Positions 47,501 to 59,254 of a DNA stretch of 64,000 nt are shown here, piece by piece. The stretch comes from Cyanophora paradoxa CCMP329 (lineage: Eukaryota; Plantae; Glaucophyta): the NCBI GenBank assembly GCA_004431415.1, contig QPMI01000035.1, positions 1 to 64,000 of the forward strand. Reading direction: 5' to 3'. Below the pieces are notes generated by a model. That model was not told where the DNA came from and did not search any database. It worked only from the letters and a program-made list of their open reading frames with translations. Positions within the stretch are counted from its first letter, which is position 1. Every line of letters begins with the position of its first letter. Made by a program: the position numbers and the translations under genes.

Positions 47501-50500
47501 GGACGCCGGCTCTGAAGGCGTGGGGGACGCCGGCTCTGAAGGCTGTGGGGCGGCTGGCGCTGGTGTGGGCAGCAGCTCGAAAGGGATGGCCGGGAGCTCC
47601 CCAGGCGACGGGTACGTGCACACGGCTGCGGCGATCGGAACGGTGCCTGGGCGCGCGCGGTTCAGAAGAGTGGGGCGGCGCTTGCACGGCGCCCGGCGCC
47701 CGTGTGGAAGCACAGACCGGACAGCGAGAGAAGAAGCGATCGCTGCGGATCCGGAGCCTCCGGATCCGCTTCACGCCTCACACCAAAGAGCATGCTGACA
47801 GCAATGCATGAGATCGAGGGCGATTGCGATGCGCAACTGCAACGGAGAGAGGCTAGCGGTCTCACGCTGCACAGGAAGAGCAGTCGCCGTCCAGGACCGG
47901 AAGCTCGAACGAATACGCAAGCCCGTCGACCTGCTCCGACGACGCGTCTGCAAAGCAACTTTAGTTAACGATTGAATCATCATCGGAATGATGGGCTGCG
48001 AAGAGAAAACATCATAGAACGCCGAGGCTCGAGCTCACCCTTCGGTTCGAGAAACAGGACAGTTCCGTTCGTGTCGGCAAAGGCGGCGTACAGGTAGCCT
48101 TGGCAGGCGCCGATGCGGAACGCGGCGGAGGGCGACGAGCGCGGAGCCGCGCCCACAGCGCGGAAGGTTCGGCCCCCTTCCGCTTTCCAGCCGAGATCGA
48201 CCTCGCTGACATCGAACAGGGGTAAGCTCGAGCCCGCATGTGCGCCCACGCATCTCACGAACTGAATGGTTATCGTGGTCGATCCTTCCGAAGCTCCTGC
48301 CACATACCACATTGCGTCTGCGAGAAAGAAGAGAACTGAGCAACTCGATTGCGAGAAAGAAAGCAACTCGATTGCGAGAAAGAAGAGAACTGAGCACCGA
48401 TTCGTGCACACGACGGGCTCGCTTGACGCGGAACGTCCAGGGTGCCCTGCCGAATCTCGGTGCCCCACGACTGACTCGTAATATCGTAACTGGAAAGAAA
48501 AAGCATTTTCAGACAGAGCGAAAGAGGCGAAACTCTGCATAAGCGTTGCAGAACGGACCTGATCAGATCGTTTCGCAATCCGACGATCCCGACCCCACCA
48601 AAGACCTTGCAATCGAGCAGAGAGTGAGAATGAGTGCATGTGGACGATGCTGAGCGATTGAAAAGGGCTCATACCCACAGAGTCCGATTAAAAACTGTCA
48701 TGCCTGCGATTCGATCGACTAAGCGGCGCCGCATCATCAGGCCCACATGCGATCGGGTTTTGCGCACAGTGATTTGCTCGGGCCACCGGCATGTCGTGCA
48801 GGCCGACCCACTGCTCCAGAGAATTTGAGTACGCCCAAGCGGATGAAGTGATGTTGCCCGAGGATCCAATGTACCCGCCTGCAGAGCGTGTTGGCGGTCG
48901 CGCGGTCAGACCACGGCACACATGCACGCTCACCTGTGCAGAACACAACAGTCGCGTAGTCCCACGCGCACTGCATTCCAAACCCGTTGAACGGTGCTTG
49001 AGCTGTGGCTTCGGTCCATTCCGTCAACCCTGTGCACATGTAAGCGTGTTGCGCGATCGGATTGCGCGACCGGGCGGCATGCAATATGGGCAGGAGCCGG
49101 TGCGCACCCACGTCATAGACAAGCACTGCCCCAGAAGCGGCTGGCAGCGTCGGGGTCGGCTGTCTCCCGAAGAGCGCAAATTTGGAGCGGCCCGATGCGC
49201 TTCGGAACACAACCCCCGTGGAGAAGGGACTGCCGGACGGAACGAGGAGGCTCGATGTTGAGATCTCGCTTTGCTTCATGAGGAAGATGCCTGCAGGTTC
49301 GGGCGCTTAGACGAATCCGGACAGCATGCTGAAGCTCTTCAGGTATTCCGCGCGCGAGCCTCACCCGGAACAGTAGCCGAGACGACCGCGGACCAGGGCG
49401 AATCCCTCCCAGCTGACGAGCGCACCCTAGCTTGGCACGATGCGGTCCAGCTTCCGTCCTCCGACACGGAAACAGGCAAACGCTCCGTGACAGGTGATGT
49501 CAGAGCTGCAAAGCTCGCCGCGTAGGGGCCGCCGGCGCCTGCGCACTCCAGGTCGGCCCGATCGACGCTCTGGCCGGCCGTGAAGCGGATCTCGAAGGAC
49601 AGCCTGGAGGCGTCCACTGGAGCCAGCGAGGCGATCGACGGCGCCGAAGGCGCAGCTGCCGAGAAGGCGGTCGCGACCCGCGATCAGCTTGCATCGAGGG
49701 GCTATCGCTGGCTCGCAGATGATAGATTGTACAATGCACCTGCAGGGAGTGACGAGGCCACGTACGCCGCACGTGACGGCAGGCCCGTCGTGGCTCGCAC
49801 CACAAACGTGCAATTAACGAGGTAGCCGGCGCTGTACTGGGGAGTCGTCGTAAACACAGCACTGAGTCGTCCGGTTGATTGTTGCGGCGGTCCGATAGAC
49901 CAGGTCCCTCGGTACGGCCCCCCGAATCCGACGCAATCATAATCAATTCGCGAGGGCGTCTGCGCTGCCACGAACGCCAAATTGACGCTAAGGCTTGTCT
50001 CGTTGATTGCTGTCAGAGCGATATCCCACGGAGCCCATGGATTAGCTGGGGAGGATGCGGGGGTCAGAACCGTGCAAAACGTTAACAGTAAAACAAAATT
50101 CCAAGAAACCGACCTGCCAAGACAAGCACCGATGATGCGACACCGGGGCTGCTGAGCCCCGTGACTCCCACGACAGTCAGCGAGCACGTGACTGTGTAAT
50201 TGCCAGCGTAGGACGGCGAAACAGGCATCCGCAAGTTGGCGCCGGCCGACTCTGCATCGCCGACAGCCACGCGAGCAAGGTACGGCCCGCCGAACCCGGC
50301 GCAGGCCGCTTCGAGGGAGGTGACGTTCATGCCCGCCCTGAAGCCGCTGCGAAACTCCAGCAGCGAAGAGTTCAAGGCCGCCACCGAAAGAAGAGCAGGG
50401 GCCGCTGGAGGTGCTGAGAAGAAGAGGAATTTCGTCAGCTGAAAATGCTTCGCAAAAATTGAAGTCGTGAGAAAATTGGGTTGCAGCACCTGGAGGCACG

Positions 50501-53500
50501 CTCGCGGTGGGCGCCGACACCGGCTCGGACGCCAAGCCAGTCGACGCCCGAACTCGTGCCGTGCAGTTCAGCTCGTAGCTGCCGACGTACGACGCCGCTA
50601 CCACTACGCTGGCGTCGACGCTCGACGCCGCAGCGTTCGGAGTCGCCACGTTGACCGAGTACGGGCCTCCCTTGCCCACGCACTCCACCTCCGCTGCTGC
50701 CACGCTCTGGCCGACCGAAAAGCGCACGCGCACCACCGCAAGTGACGCGTTTGAAGGGACCGCAGTCACCTCCAGCGGAGCCGACGGGGCAGCTGCGCAG
50801 TCCGCCACGTGAGTGCACGCGTCATTCAAGCAGGTGCTGCAACCCAACGTGAAGGGCAGTCGTACATAAACGGACCTGCAGGCACAGTTATCGATCCTGC
50901 CGCTCTCCATTCGGAGGCCAGGCCCGTCGACGCCCGCACACGCGCAGAGCAGTTGAGTTCGTAGCTGCCACTGTAGCCCGGGACGAATAGCACGCTGACG
51001 TTGAAGACGGACGACGCCGCTCCCGCATGCATCGCCGTCCCATTCGTAGCGTACATATTGCTCAAAGCTGAGCACGTCACCTGCACAGCTGCCACGCTCT
51101 GGCCTGGCACCGCCTGTACTTGCACTACCGCATGCGTAGAGTTCTGCAAGACAAAGGCTGCATCCAGGGGGGCCCAGGGCGCGACTGAAGAGCCGAAGCA
51201 ACAGCGTGAGCACGCGATCATCACGACCAGGCAGAGCTGCAGCTCGCCCTGGTCTTGCACGATGGCAAGGCGCACCTGGTGGAATCGTCACCGTGGCCAT
51301 TGATGTCCAGGCCGACGCCAACCCCGTCGAAGCTCGAACCCGAGCTGCACAGCTGAGCGCGGAGCCGCTGTACGTTGAAGCAACAACTCCAATTGTCACG
51401 ACGACGCTTCCCGTCGGTGCAGCATCCTGTGTCGCGTTCACAGACACGTTGAAGGCATTCGGAACGGCGGCTCCCGAGCACTCCAACTCCACCGACTCGG
51501 AGTTTTGATTTCTCTCAAAGTGCACGAGAACCTCCACGTGCGTTGTGTTCACGGAGACGGCAGCAACGTCCAGAGGAGCCCATGGCGCCGCTGCGAATCA
51601 TAGGATCGGTATGTCGAAGGCATATAAAGGCAGACGAAGCAGATCTATATTTAGCCGGTTCGAACCTGCCGGGAGCATTACTGCTTCCGCCTCGCGCCAT
51701 CCGGATGGCAGATCTATTGTTGACCACGTGCGCGCCCAGCAAGGCATTGGGACGCTACCGCTGTAGAACGGCGGAACCACAACGCTGACATTGACGCCCG
51801 GCGCTGCATCATCCGTCACCGCCACTCTGACAGTGCTGATGGCACCAAGTAGCACAAAACCCCCACAGGGGACCTCCACACTTGTCACGCTCTGGCCTGG
51901 TATGAATTGCACACTCGCCATTAACATGGTCGCGTTGATGGCGACGACTGCAAGCCGCAGAGGCCTCCACGGAAAAGCTGCAAAGCACGCGGAGCAGAGC
52001 GCGTCATAAACTGGGGTCAAGGCAGCTTGCCGGTCGAATGCCGCGCACCTCCTGGTACTGTATATGCCGCCGCTGCCGTCCAACGCGATGCCAGGGACGT
52101 CGAAGCCAGCACTCGGGCCGAGCAGCTGAGATCGTAGCTCATGTTGAAGAAAGTTGCGATAGGCAGAGAGATGCTGAGGCCGGAAGCATCGGCGTCGGTC
52201 ACTGCCACGCTGTAGGCGTAGGGGCCGCCGAAGCCCGAGCAAGCCAACTCGACTGTCGCCACGCTCTGGCCGGCAGTGAAGCGGGCGATTGTAGACACAT
52301 TGGCGTCGTTCGACTCGAATAGAGTGAGAATTGGTCCGACGGACAACTCCAACGGCGCCCCGGGTGGCGCTGCGAATCATGATCACCTTGGTGCGCGCGT
52401 GGCGATGGCATCGCGCGCCAGCTCTGGTGGCAGTCCGAGCGCACCGGCAGGGACGAGAACGGTTCCGGCGCTCTCCTGAAAGGCCAGCTCTCCGAGGCCG
52501 TCCAGTGCCCTCACGGAGCAGCTGAGGTTGTACGGCCCCGAGTACGAGGCAGGGACGGCGAGGTCCACCGCGGCGCGCGCGGCGTCCGCATCCGTCACGC
52601 TGATCGACCCGGCAAAGGAGCGCCCGGGGAACGGGCCGCCGGGCGGAGCAGTGCAGTTCGCAGCGAGCAAGGCGATGCCGCGCGTCGTGACGAAGCTCGA
52701 GATGACGCTCACGCTGACATGACTTGCAGCGACTGCCGCCGCGGGGGCTCCATTCTTGAGCACGCACGTGGCTCTGGACCATATTGCAGTTGCTGAACGC
52801 CCGCAGGACCGCCGGGAGGCGCTTCCGGCGGACCTGAGGTTCGGCGGGTCAGCGTTCAGAATCCGAACGCGCGCTTCCTAGCCTCTTGCAGAGAAAGATG
52901 CTACATCTGTCTCATACCTTCGATCTGCGCTGAATCCGGCAGAAGCTGCCGTTCGGAATTCTCTGGCTGGACACCAAGGGCGCGAAGGCGGAGCCCGCGG
53001 AAGTGGTCGCTCCGGGAAGGCTGGACTACTTTGCCCTTGGGTCGCGTCTTGCTATTCTTCGCTCCGGCTTGCAGCATCGTGCGCCTGGAGCGAGCTCGCG
53101 CGCCTTGCCGGCCGATTTCCTGTACCCGGATTTGGGCCCGTTTCGGGACTTGGCTCCGGTTTTTCCGAGTCCCTTCCAGAGTGCTACGCAAGCGGCCGCA
53201 GATAGTCCGCTGAAGAGCACCGGCTCATTAGATTGAAGAAAGCTTAAGGAATCCGAAGCTTAATGCTGCATGGCAACTCATTAAACGTAAACGCACCAGT
53301 GGGGTTGACCACGAAGTATTTCGTGAGAGTGTGGGAAAGTATGGTAGGAACGGATGCGTCCACAAGGCGGATCACGTAATCGCCTCCTGTTGTATTGGCC
53401 GGCAGTTCGAGCGTGATTTCCCCAGCGCTCGTTTGGAGGACGTTGGACCTCCCCAAAACGAACCCAGTCCAAGACTGAAGCTCATGAGCACTCCTAAAAG

Positions 53501-56500
53501 AAGAAAATGCACGGAATGGCGCACGAGGATTGTGCTTCTGCGGCTCGGAAGAAGATGCGCCTCGAGAGGGAAGGGCCACGCCGCTGCGGTCCACGACACC
53601 GTGATGGACGTGTTTGACCAGATCTCGTACCCGGCATCCCACGAGCTCCAGCTCAACTCCAGCAGGTTCCCTAGGCAGACTCGACATCAACATCAACGCA
53701 ATGCCCGCATGCTGCGAGCAACCAGAGAAATAACATGCAAACAAGGATGCTCGCACAGGAAGGGATGGTGAATGCGGGTGTCTGCATGCTGACCCCGCTC
53801 GCAGGATCCAGACGCAACCTGTACGAGCCGGCGTTGACCCCGAGCGGGATTGTCACGTTGAAGCTCCCTCCGGATCGCGCCACGGTGACCCAGGCCACGA
53901 GCACGTGCTGCGGCGAGCTCTGAACCAATGCGCCGCGCGGAGAGGCAAGTACTTTATGGCGCCAGGCGCACCTCGGAGGGAGGAATGCTTTCGTTGGCTG
54001 CGGCGAGAACCACTGCTGCCGGGCCGAACGTGCGGCTAGCAGAGGACCACACGGCGCGCAGCTGCCCGCGGCGGGCGGAGAATTGATCATGAGACCGCAG
54101 CGTCGACCGCAATCGGAAGCGAGAGGGCGCGCGGATGGAGCTTACGATCGATCCCCTCTGCACGGCCTGTCCAGTCGAAGGGGCCGACCAGGTCGCTGTA
54201 GCCGCCGGCACAGTGACTATCGACCGGATTGCATTCCGTTAGGAGTGCAACCATTGAAGGAGCGCTTCACATTTCGCGTATAAAGAATCGATTGAGAATT
54301 GTCGCACCAGTAGCCTCGACGAATCCATAGGTTCCATAGGAGGATCCAGCTGCAAAACTGAATCCGAAACGATATTACTCGATAAGATCGAAAATCGTAG
54401 ATATTGAAAGAGCCTCATGCATATGATCAGAACCGCACAATTTGCACGTAGTCTGGACCTTCGTATCCACAGCAGTTACGGCTAGAGCCTGATTCGAAAA
54501 TGGGTAGACGAATTGGGAATTGGACGGATTCGGAATGCCCCTGTGCAGATGCTCGACCGCCCCGTCTGCTCAGTATTTCGAATGCAAGTTGGCAGATGAG
54601 GGAAGTAAGCGCTTGCGAATTTATTGAGCGGTCTTAAAACAGTTTATACGACAAGGGCCAATGGCATTTATCAGCACTTTAACATTGATCAGGCCAATAA
54701 TATGTACATGCACTGGATTTGTACAAAGAGCAGCGCACGTACGCACCGACAGGGTTGAGAAGGACATAGCCAGGTGTTTCATTCGGATTCAATCGGTCTG
54801 CAGAACTCTCAGGGCTCTTAAAGGAGACTTAAGCTTGCGTGCGTGCGGCTCACAGGAGGTAAGAATAAAGAGTCCGCCGCACGGTTCGAACGTGTCAATG
54901 CTGGCGCCGTCGTGTTTGAGGTAGCCGAGGTCAGTCAGGTACGTCCAGCGCTTCGTCGGCGCCGCCAGATCCACATAGCTGATGCATGCACGGTTATTAC
55001 TCTACAAACCATGCCGCATTGGCGACTCACAATACGTCGCTATCTGTGGTTCCTGTAAAACATCATGGCATATAAGTATTTCGAGTGGTAATTAATATAC
55101 ATCCAGCAATGCAGACCACCGGTCACGGCATATCCACAGAAGTACCAGCGACTCCCTGTTCGCAGACAGTCCTAAAGTCAAACCATGACAGAGCGGGCGA
55201 GGGCGAGTCCGAAAGCACGATAAAACTCCGACCTAGCTGCCCGCATGCAGCCCGGAAGCGGGGATACATGTCGGTGTTCCCGTTCTCGATTTCGACCGTC
55301 CAGTTCTGCGAGCTTGGAGAAAATCTGCAGCGATTAATATTAGAAAAGCGCGAGTAAGCCAAGATAATCAGCGAAGAGGTGCGAAAAGTCCAACCGGAGG
55401 AGGTCATTATATGAGCCGTGGTCGTTAAGTCCGCTCCAGCCCCTACTGCCGGTGGCCATCCAGAAGCTGCCCGCATAGAACGTTGTGCATTGAAATCCGC
55501 GCTGAAAGTTGTTCGCGGGCAAGGTCGGAATGATGTGCGTTTGTTGCGTTGATATGCTGTGTTTCCAGAAATACGAGGGCATGTCCTCTGCATACATGCC
55601 AACAGCCCAAGCTGGCAATCCGCGTGGCGAAAATATTAATGAGTCAAAGATGGACGCGCGCTCGATCGCGAGTGCAGAAGACTACAGAGCTCACCGAGTC
55701 CATAGCAGTAGATGCTGTCGTCCCTGTCCCACGCGCATGACGGGTGCTTGAGGGACACGGGTACGGGAGTCTTCATCGAGGCGAGCCGCCATGCGCGCGT
55801 TTCTGCTCGACGGACAGCTCACGGTCAGCACCCGGCACCCGTTCGAATTCGCGCGTTCTCGTTGAAGGCTCGACGAATGCATGCTCACCTAAATTGATGA
55901 CCCATATATCGTCTAAGGTCCGGCGGGTCAGATCGAGGATTTCGCCCCCAACGACGGCGAGCTCCTGCGGCCCCGACGAGCCATTCCGGAAGAGAACGCC
56001 GCTTGTAAAATCCCGAGCGGTGAACTCCGGCGGCACGAGAGCGCTAGCGCTCCTGTTCGTCGACACCGAATACTCTGCAGCAAGCTGGGTTAACCGCAGA
56101 AAGCGAATAAATAGAAGTCGCGCATGGTTCTGGAGATTGGGAGGAGGAAGGGCTAAGGCGGGCGAGAGGGGGCCGCAGGCCTGGGGGTCTTAAGATCCTC
56201 GCATCTACAGAGCAGAAGGGTGCAGAAATTATTGGAGGATGGGCTTCTGATATTGATAGAAGACTAGGGAGATACAGAGACAGATCTAGCAGATGTGAGC
56301 ACGACGGGTCCGAAGCGTATCTTATTGAAACTCGAGACTAGCACCCGAGGGGAGGCGGAGGGCCGGAGAGGGCGGGAGGGATGGGGAGGGGGGAGGGAGA
56401 TGGAATTACAGAGGAAGCGGGCTTGGAGGAACGGGATGTGGCGGGGAGGTGAGGGGGTCCGCCGGGGGATGGGGCGGGGGGGGGGCGAGGGAAGGGGGGG

Positions 56501-56882
56501 GGGAGACCCGGAAGGGGGAGGTCGGGGGAATCCAACGGAAGGGGGGGGGGGGGGAAGGGGGGAGAAGGGGGGGGCGGGGGAGACCCGGAAGGGGGAGGTC
56601 GGGGGATCCAAAGGAGGGGGGGGGGGGGAGAAAGGGGGAGGGGCGTGGGCAGGGGAGAGTGTGAGGAAAGGACACAGGTGATCATGAGCAAAAAGTGGGA
56701 TGCTATGATAGAGGCGAGCTTCGGAAAGGTGGGCATGGGTTCGCGCTATAGTTGAAAGCTTTAGCCAAGGACCTTTTGCAAGGACCAAGAAACACGAATC
56801 GAGTGTCATGATCACCTTGGGCTGCAGCGGGGGGAAGCAAGCCCGAGGCCGCGAGCGCGGCCAGCCCGAGCGCGGTGAACAT
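44507..56882 (-). CDS. Giant single-pass receptor-like protein kinase (Kelch-like regions, beta-sandwich domains, 9 FN3-like repeats, SEA-like domain, TM, TKL-type kinase)
   Basis: Signal-like start MFTALGLAALAASGLLPPAAAQ and a multi-exon ectodomain with many NxS/T sites. TM segment GAGVVALAIGIGFGVYW followed by KRKRRAR. Kinase motifs IGEGAFG, AVKE, HPNVL, GMAYLH, HRDLKPQN, DFG, YLPPE, DVWAFG and RPTF. Continuity across ~52840-53290 assumes one longer phase-1 intron; it could be two genes. Confidence 0.75.
49362..52836 (-). repeat. Nine ~100-aa FN3/Ig-like protein repeats, about one per exon
   Basis: Consensus (A)PxAP...GQSV..VE..C.G.GGPY...Y.GSY.L.C.ARVRASTGLAS.W......VP(A/G), with phase-1 introns between repeats. 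Confidence 0.8.
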
Positions 56883-57846
56883 GAGGCTCTGCAGCGCAGG
56901 CCGCCGACGGTCAAGATCGTCCTGGGCACGTGCACCCGCGCCCGCGGCTGCGGCTGGAGAGCTTAGCTTAGCGTACGCGTGCAACTGTGCAGAGGGAGGG
57001 CCGGGCGCCGACCTCGAGCCCTCATAGCGCTGACGGGTCCGGCACAGGCTAGCGCTGCGAAGCTTGCATTGCGACTGGAGCCTAGGCCTAGGGACAGCTG
57101 CGCATGCGGGCCGGTGCCCCCGCCGCGCGCGGGCCGGGCCGGGCCGCTACTAGTACTGCAGCCCCGCGTCGCGAGCCTTGTCCCTCGTATCAGGCACGCG
57201 GTGAAGCCGGCTGCGATGCATATGCATATGGCCGCTGATCATGAGGGCGGCCGATCTCGCAAGCTTGCAAAACTCCATCCGCAGCGGCAGCTGCAGCTGC
57301 ATGCAATTGCAACGGTTGTCGACGTCGTGGGCGCGTGGCGTCAGCTGCAGACAGACGGCTGGCGATGCTAAAGCACCATGGACGCGTACGGCCGCTGCGG
57401 ATCGAGAGCTAGACGACGTCGACGTGCTCGCAGCTGCAGTTCGGCGAAGTACTATAGCTACTTAGTAGTACTAGTACTAGTGGCGGCGCGGGCTCAGCGG
57501 CCGAACGATGACGCCGAACATGCCACAGCTGCAGCTGTGAGTTGCGAAGGAGAGCTCTAATGATCTCGTATTGCTAAGTGTGCTGCCTGCCGCAGAGCCG
57601 ACGCCCGATGGCCACCCGATGGTCATCGACGCGAGGCCGGCGGTGCGCTCGTCGAGCGAAGCTTCCTATAGCTAGCTGGGTTGGCGCTCCGATCCCGCAC
57701 TTCGGGACGTCGACGCTCCGCTCTTCACGAAGCTGAATTCCTCTACCCAGCTAGCAGCTGCAGGCCAGATTGGCCGCGACGTCGACAGCAGCAGTTAGGG
57801 GCAACGTTAACTTATAATTACGTATACGGCAGATGCGCGGCGCATG

Positions 57847-57944
57847 CGGCAGTTACGGCAGTTACGGCAGTTACGGCAGTTGCGGAGGAAGTTCGAAATT
57901 CGGACGTCGACGTCGACGTCGACGTCGACGTCGACGTCGACGTC
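57847..57944. repeat. Microsatellites (GGCAGTTAC)n and palindromic (GTCGAC)n
   Basis: About four GGCAGTTAC units near 57848-57882 and about six GTCGAC units near 57906-57944. Confidence 0.85.
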
Positions 57945-58222
57945 AGTACTAGTCATGATCACCGGCCGCGGCCTCGGCCCGTGGCGGGGCCCCTGCCGCA
58001 GTGCATGCCAGCGGGCGGGAGCGCCGCAGCTGCAGCCCTCCGGCGGAGCGCGCGCGCGCGCGCGGAGCGGCACGCAGCGGAGGTCGCGGGGCGGGCCGTG
58101 GTCCCAGTGCACACGTATACAGCGCCCGGCATCGATATCCAAGGTAGATCTAAGGTGCGACCCTAGATATATACGTACGTATACGTGCCCTGCCCCCCTG
58201 CCCTAAGCTCAGGAATGCGGGC

Positions 58223-58307
58223 CTGCTCGACGATGCGGCCGCCGGAGACGACGCAGACGAGGTCGGCGTCCTTGACGGTGGAGAGGCGGTGGGCGATGAC
58301 GAGGCGG
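58223..58307 (-). pseudogene. Orphan fragment of an ABCB-type ABC transporter nucleotide-binding domain
   Basis: Encodes LVIAHRLSTVKDADLVCVVSGGRIVEQ (H-loop region). No other part of an ABC gene is nearby. Confidence 0.8.
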
Positions 58308-58399
58308 TATACGTATACGTATATCATGAGCCCCGGCCCGCGGCCGCGGCCGCCCGCCGGCGCGCGCCGGGCGCCCCGCGGGCCGGGCGGGGCACTGCA

Positions 58400-58635
58400 T
58401 GCGCAGGGGAGGAAGAGGACCTGCGCGCCGCGGGGCGCCGGCCGGCGGCCCTCCGCAGCGCGCGGCAGCGCGCGCACCGCTCCGCGGCCGGCGGCTGGTA
58501 CTCCTCCTCCCCCGCCACCTGCCGCCCGGGCCGGGGGCGGGGCGGGGGGGGCGGGGACGGGGGCCGGGCGGGGGCGGGGGCGGGGGTCCGGGCGGGCTTG
58601 CTGCCAGGAGTGGACGGGGGCGCGGCACCATGGCC
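58400..58635 (-). pseudogene. Orphan spliced fragment resembling a RING-finger gene
   Basis: PWCRAPVHSWQQ / VAGEEEYQPPAAER / VLFLPC, separated by typical GC-rich intron-like segments; no start codon or continuation. Confidence 0.4.
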
Positions 58636-59254
58636 AGGGGACCTCCTCGCATGTAATTGCAAAAAGAACTTCGGAATGAATTAGAACCTGTACTTGCATG
58701 CGCCGGTGCGGGCCGGGGGGCATCCAACGCAGATGTCGAATCCTGCTGCTCCGAATTCGAGCTGGAGCTCGAGCTCGAGGCGACCTCTGATCGCGAGAAT
58801 TTATTTCGGTGATTAACGTCGACATGATATCGATGCATATGCACATGTACAGCTTCGACGTCGACTCTCGGCGAATTCGGCTACATCCGGATCCTACAGC
58901 TAGCGCTGCATCTCAGAGTATGCACGTGATCTGCAGCTGCCAGGCTGGTGACGTCGTCAAGCCTAGGTGAGCGAGATCTAGAATTCGACACGGTGGCAGG
59001 TGCGATCGCGAGTTCAAACTTCAGCGCATATATATGCATGCCGCAGTGCAAATTAAAGATGTGTGCGCAGCTCGCGCTGCTGCAGCTGGGGCTTATAATC
59101 AATCGCAGATCATGATCATCATCATATGCATATGCATGCTCATGTCTATATATGGCATCGCGGAGGCGGGCTCGAGCTCGAGCTCGCGGTTCCTGTTTGT
59201 CTTCACTGTGACAATATTAATGTCTGAATTCAAGCTCGGCGCGCGCGACCGGCG

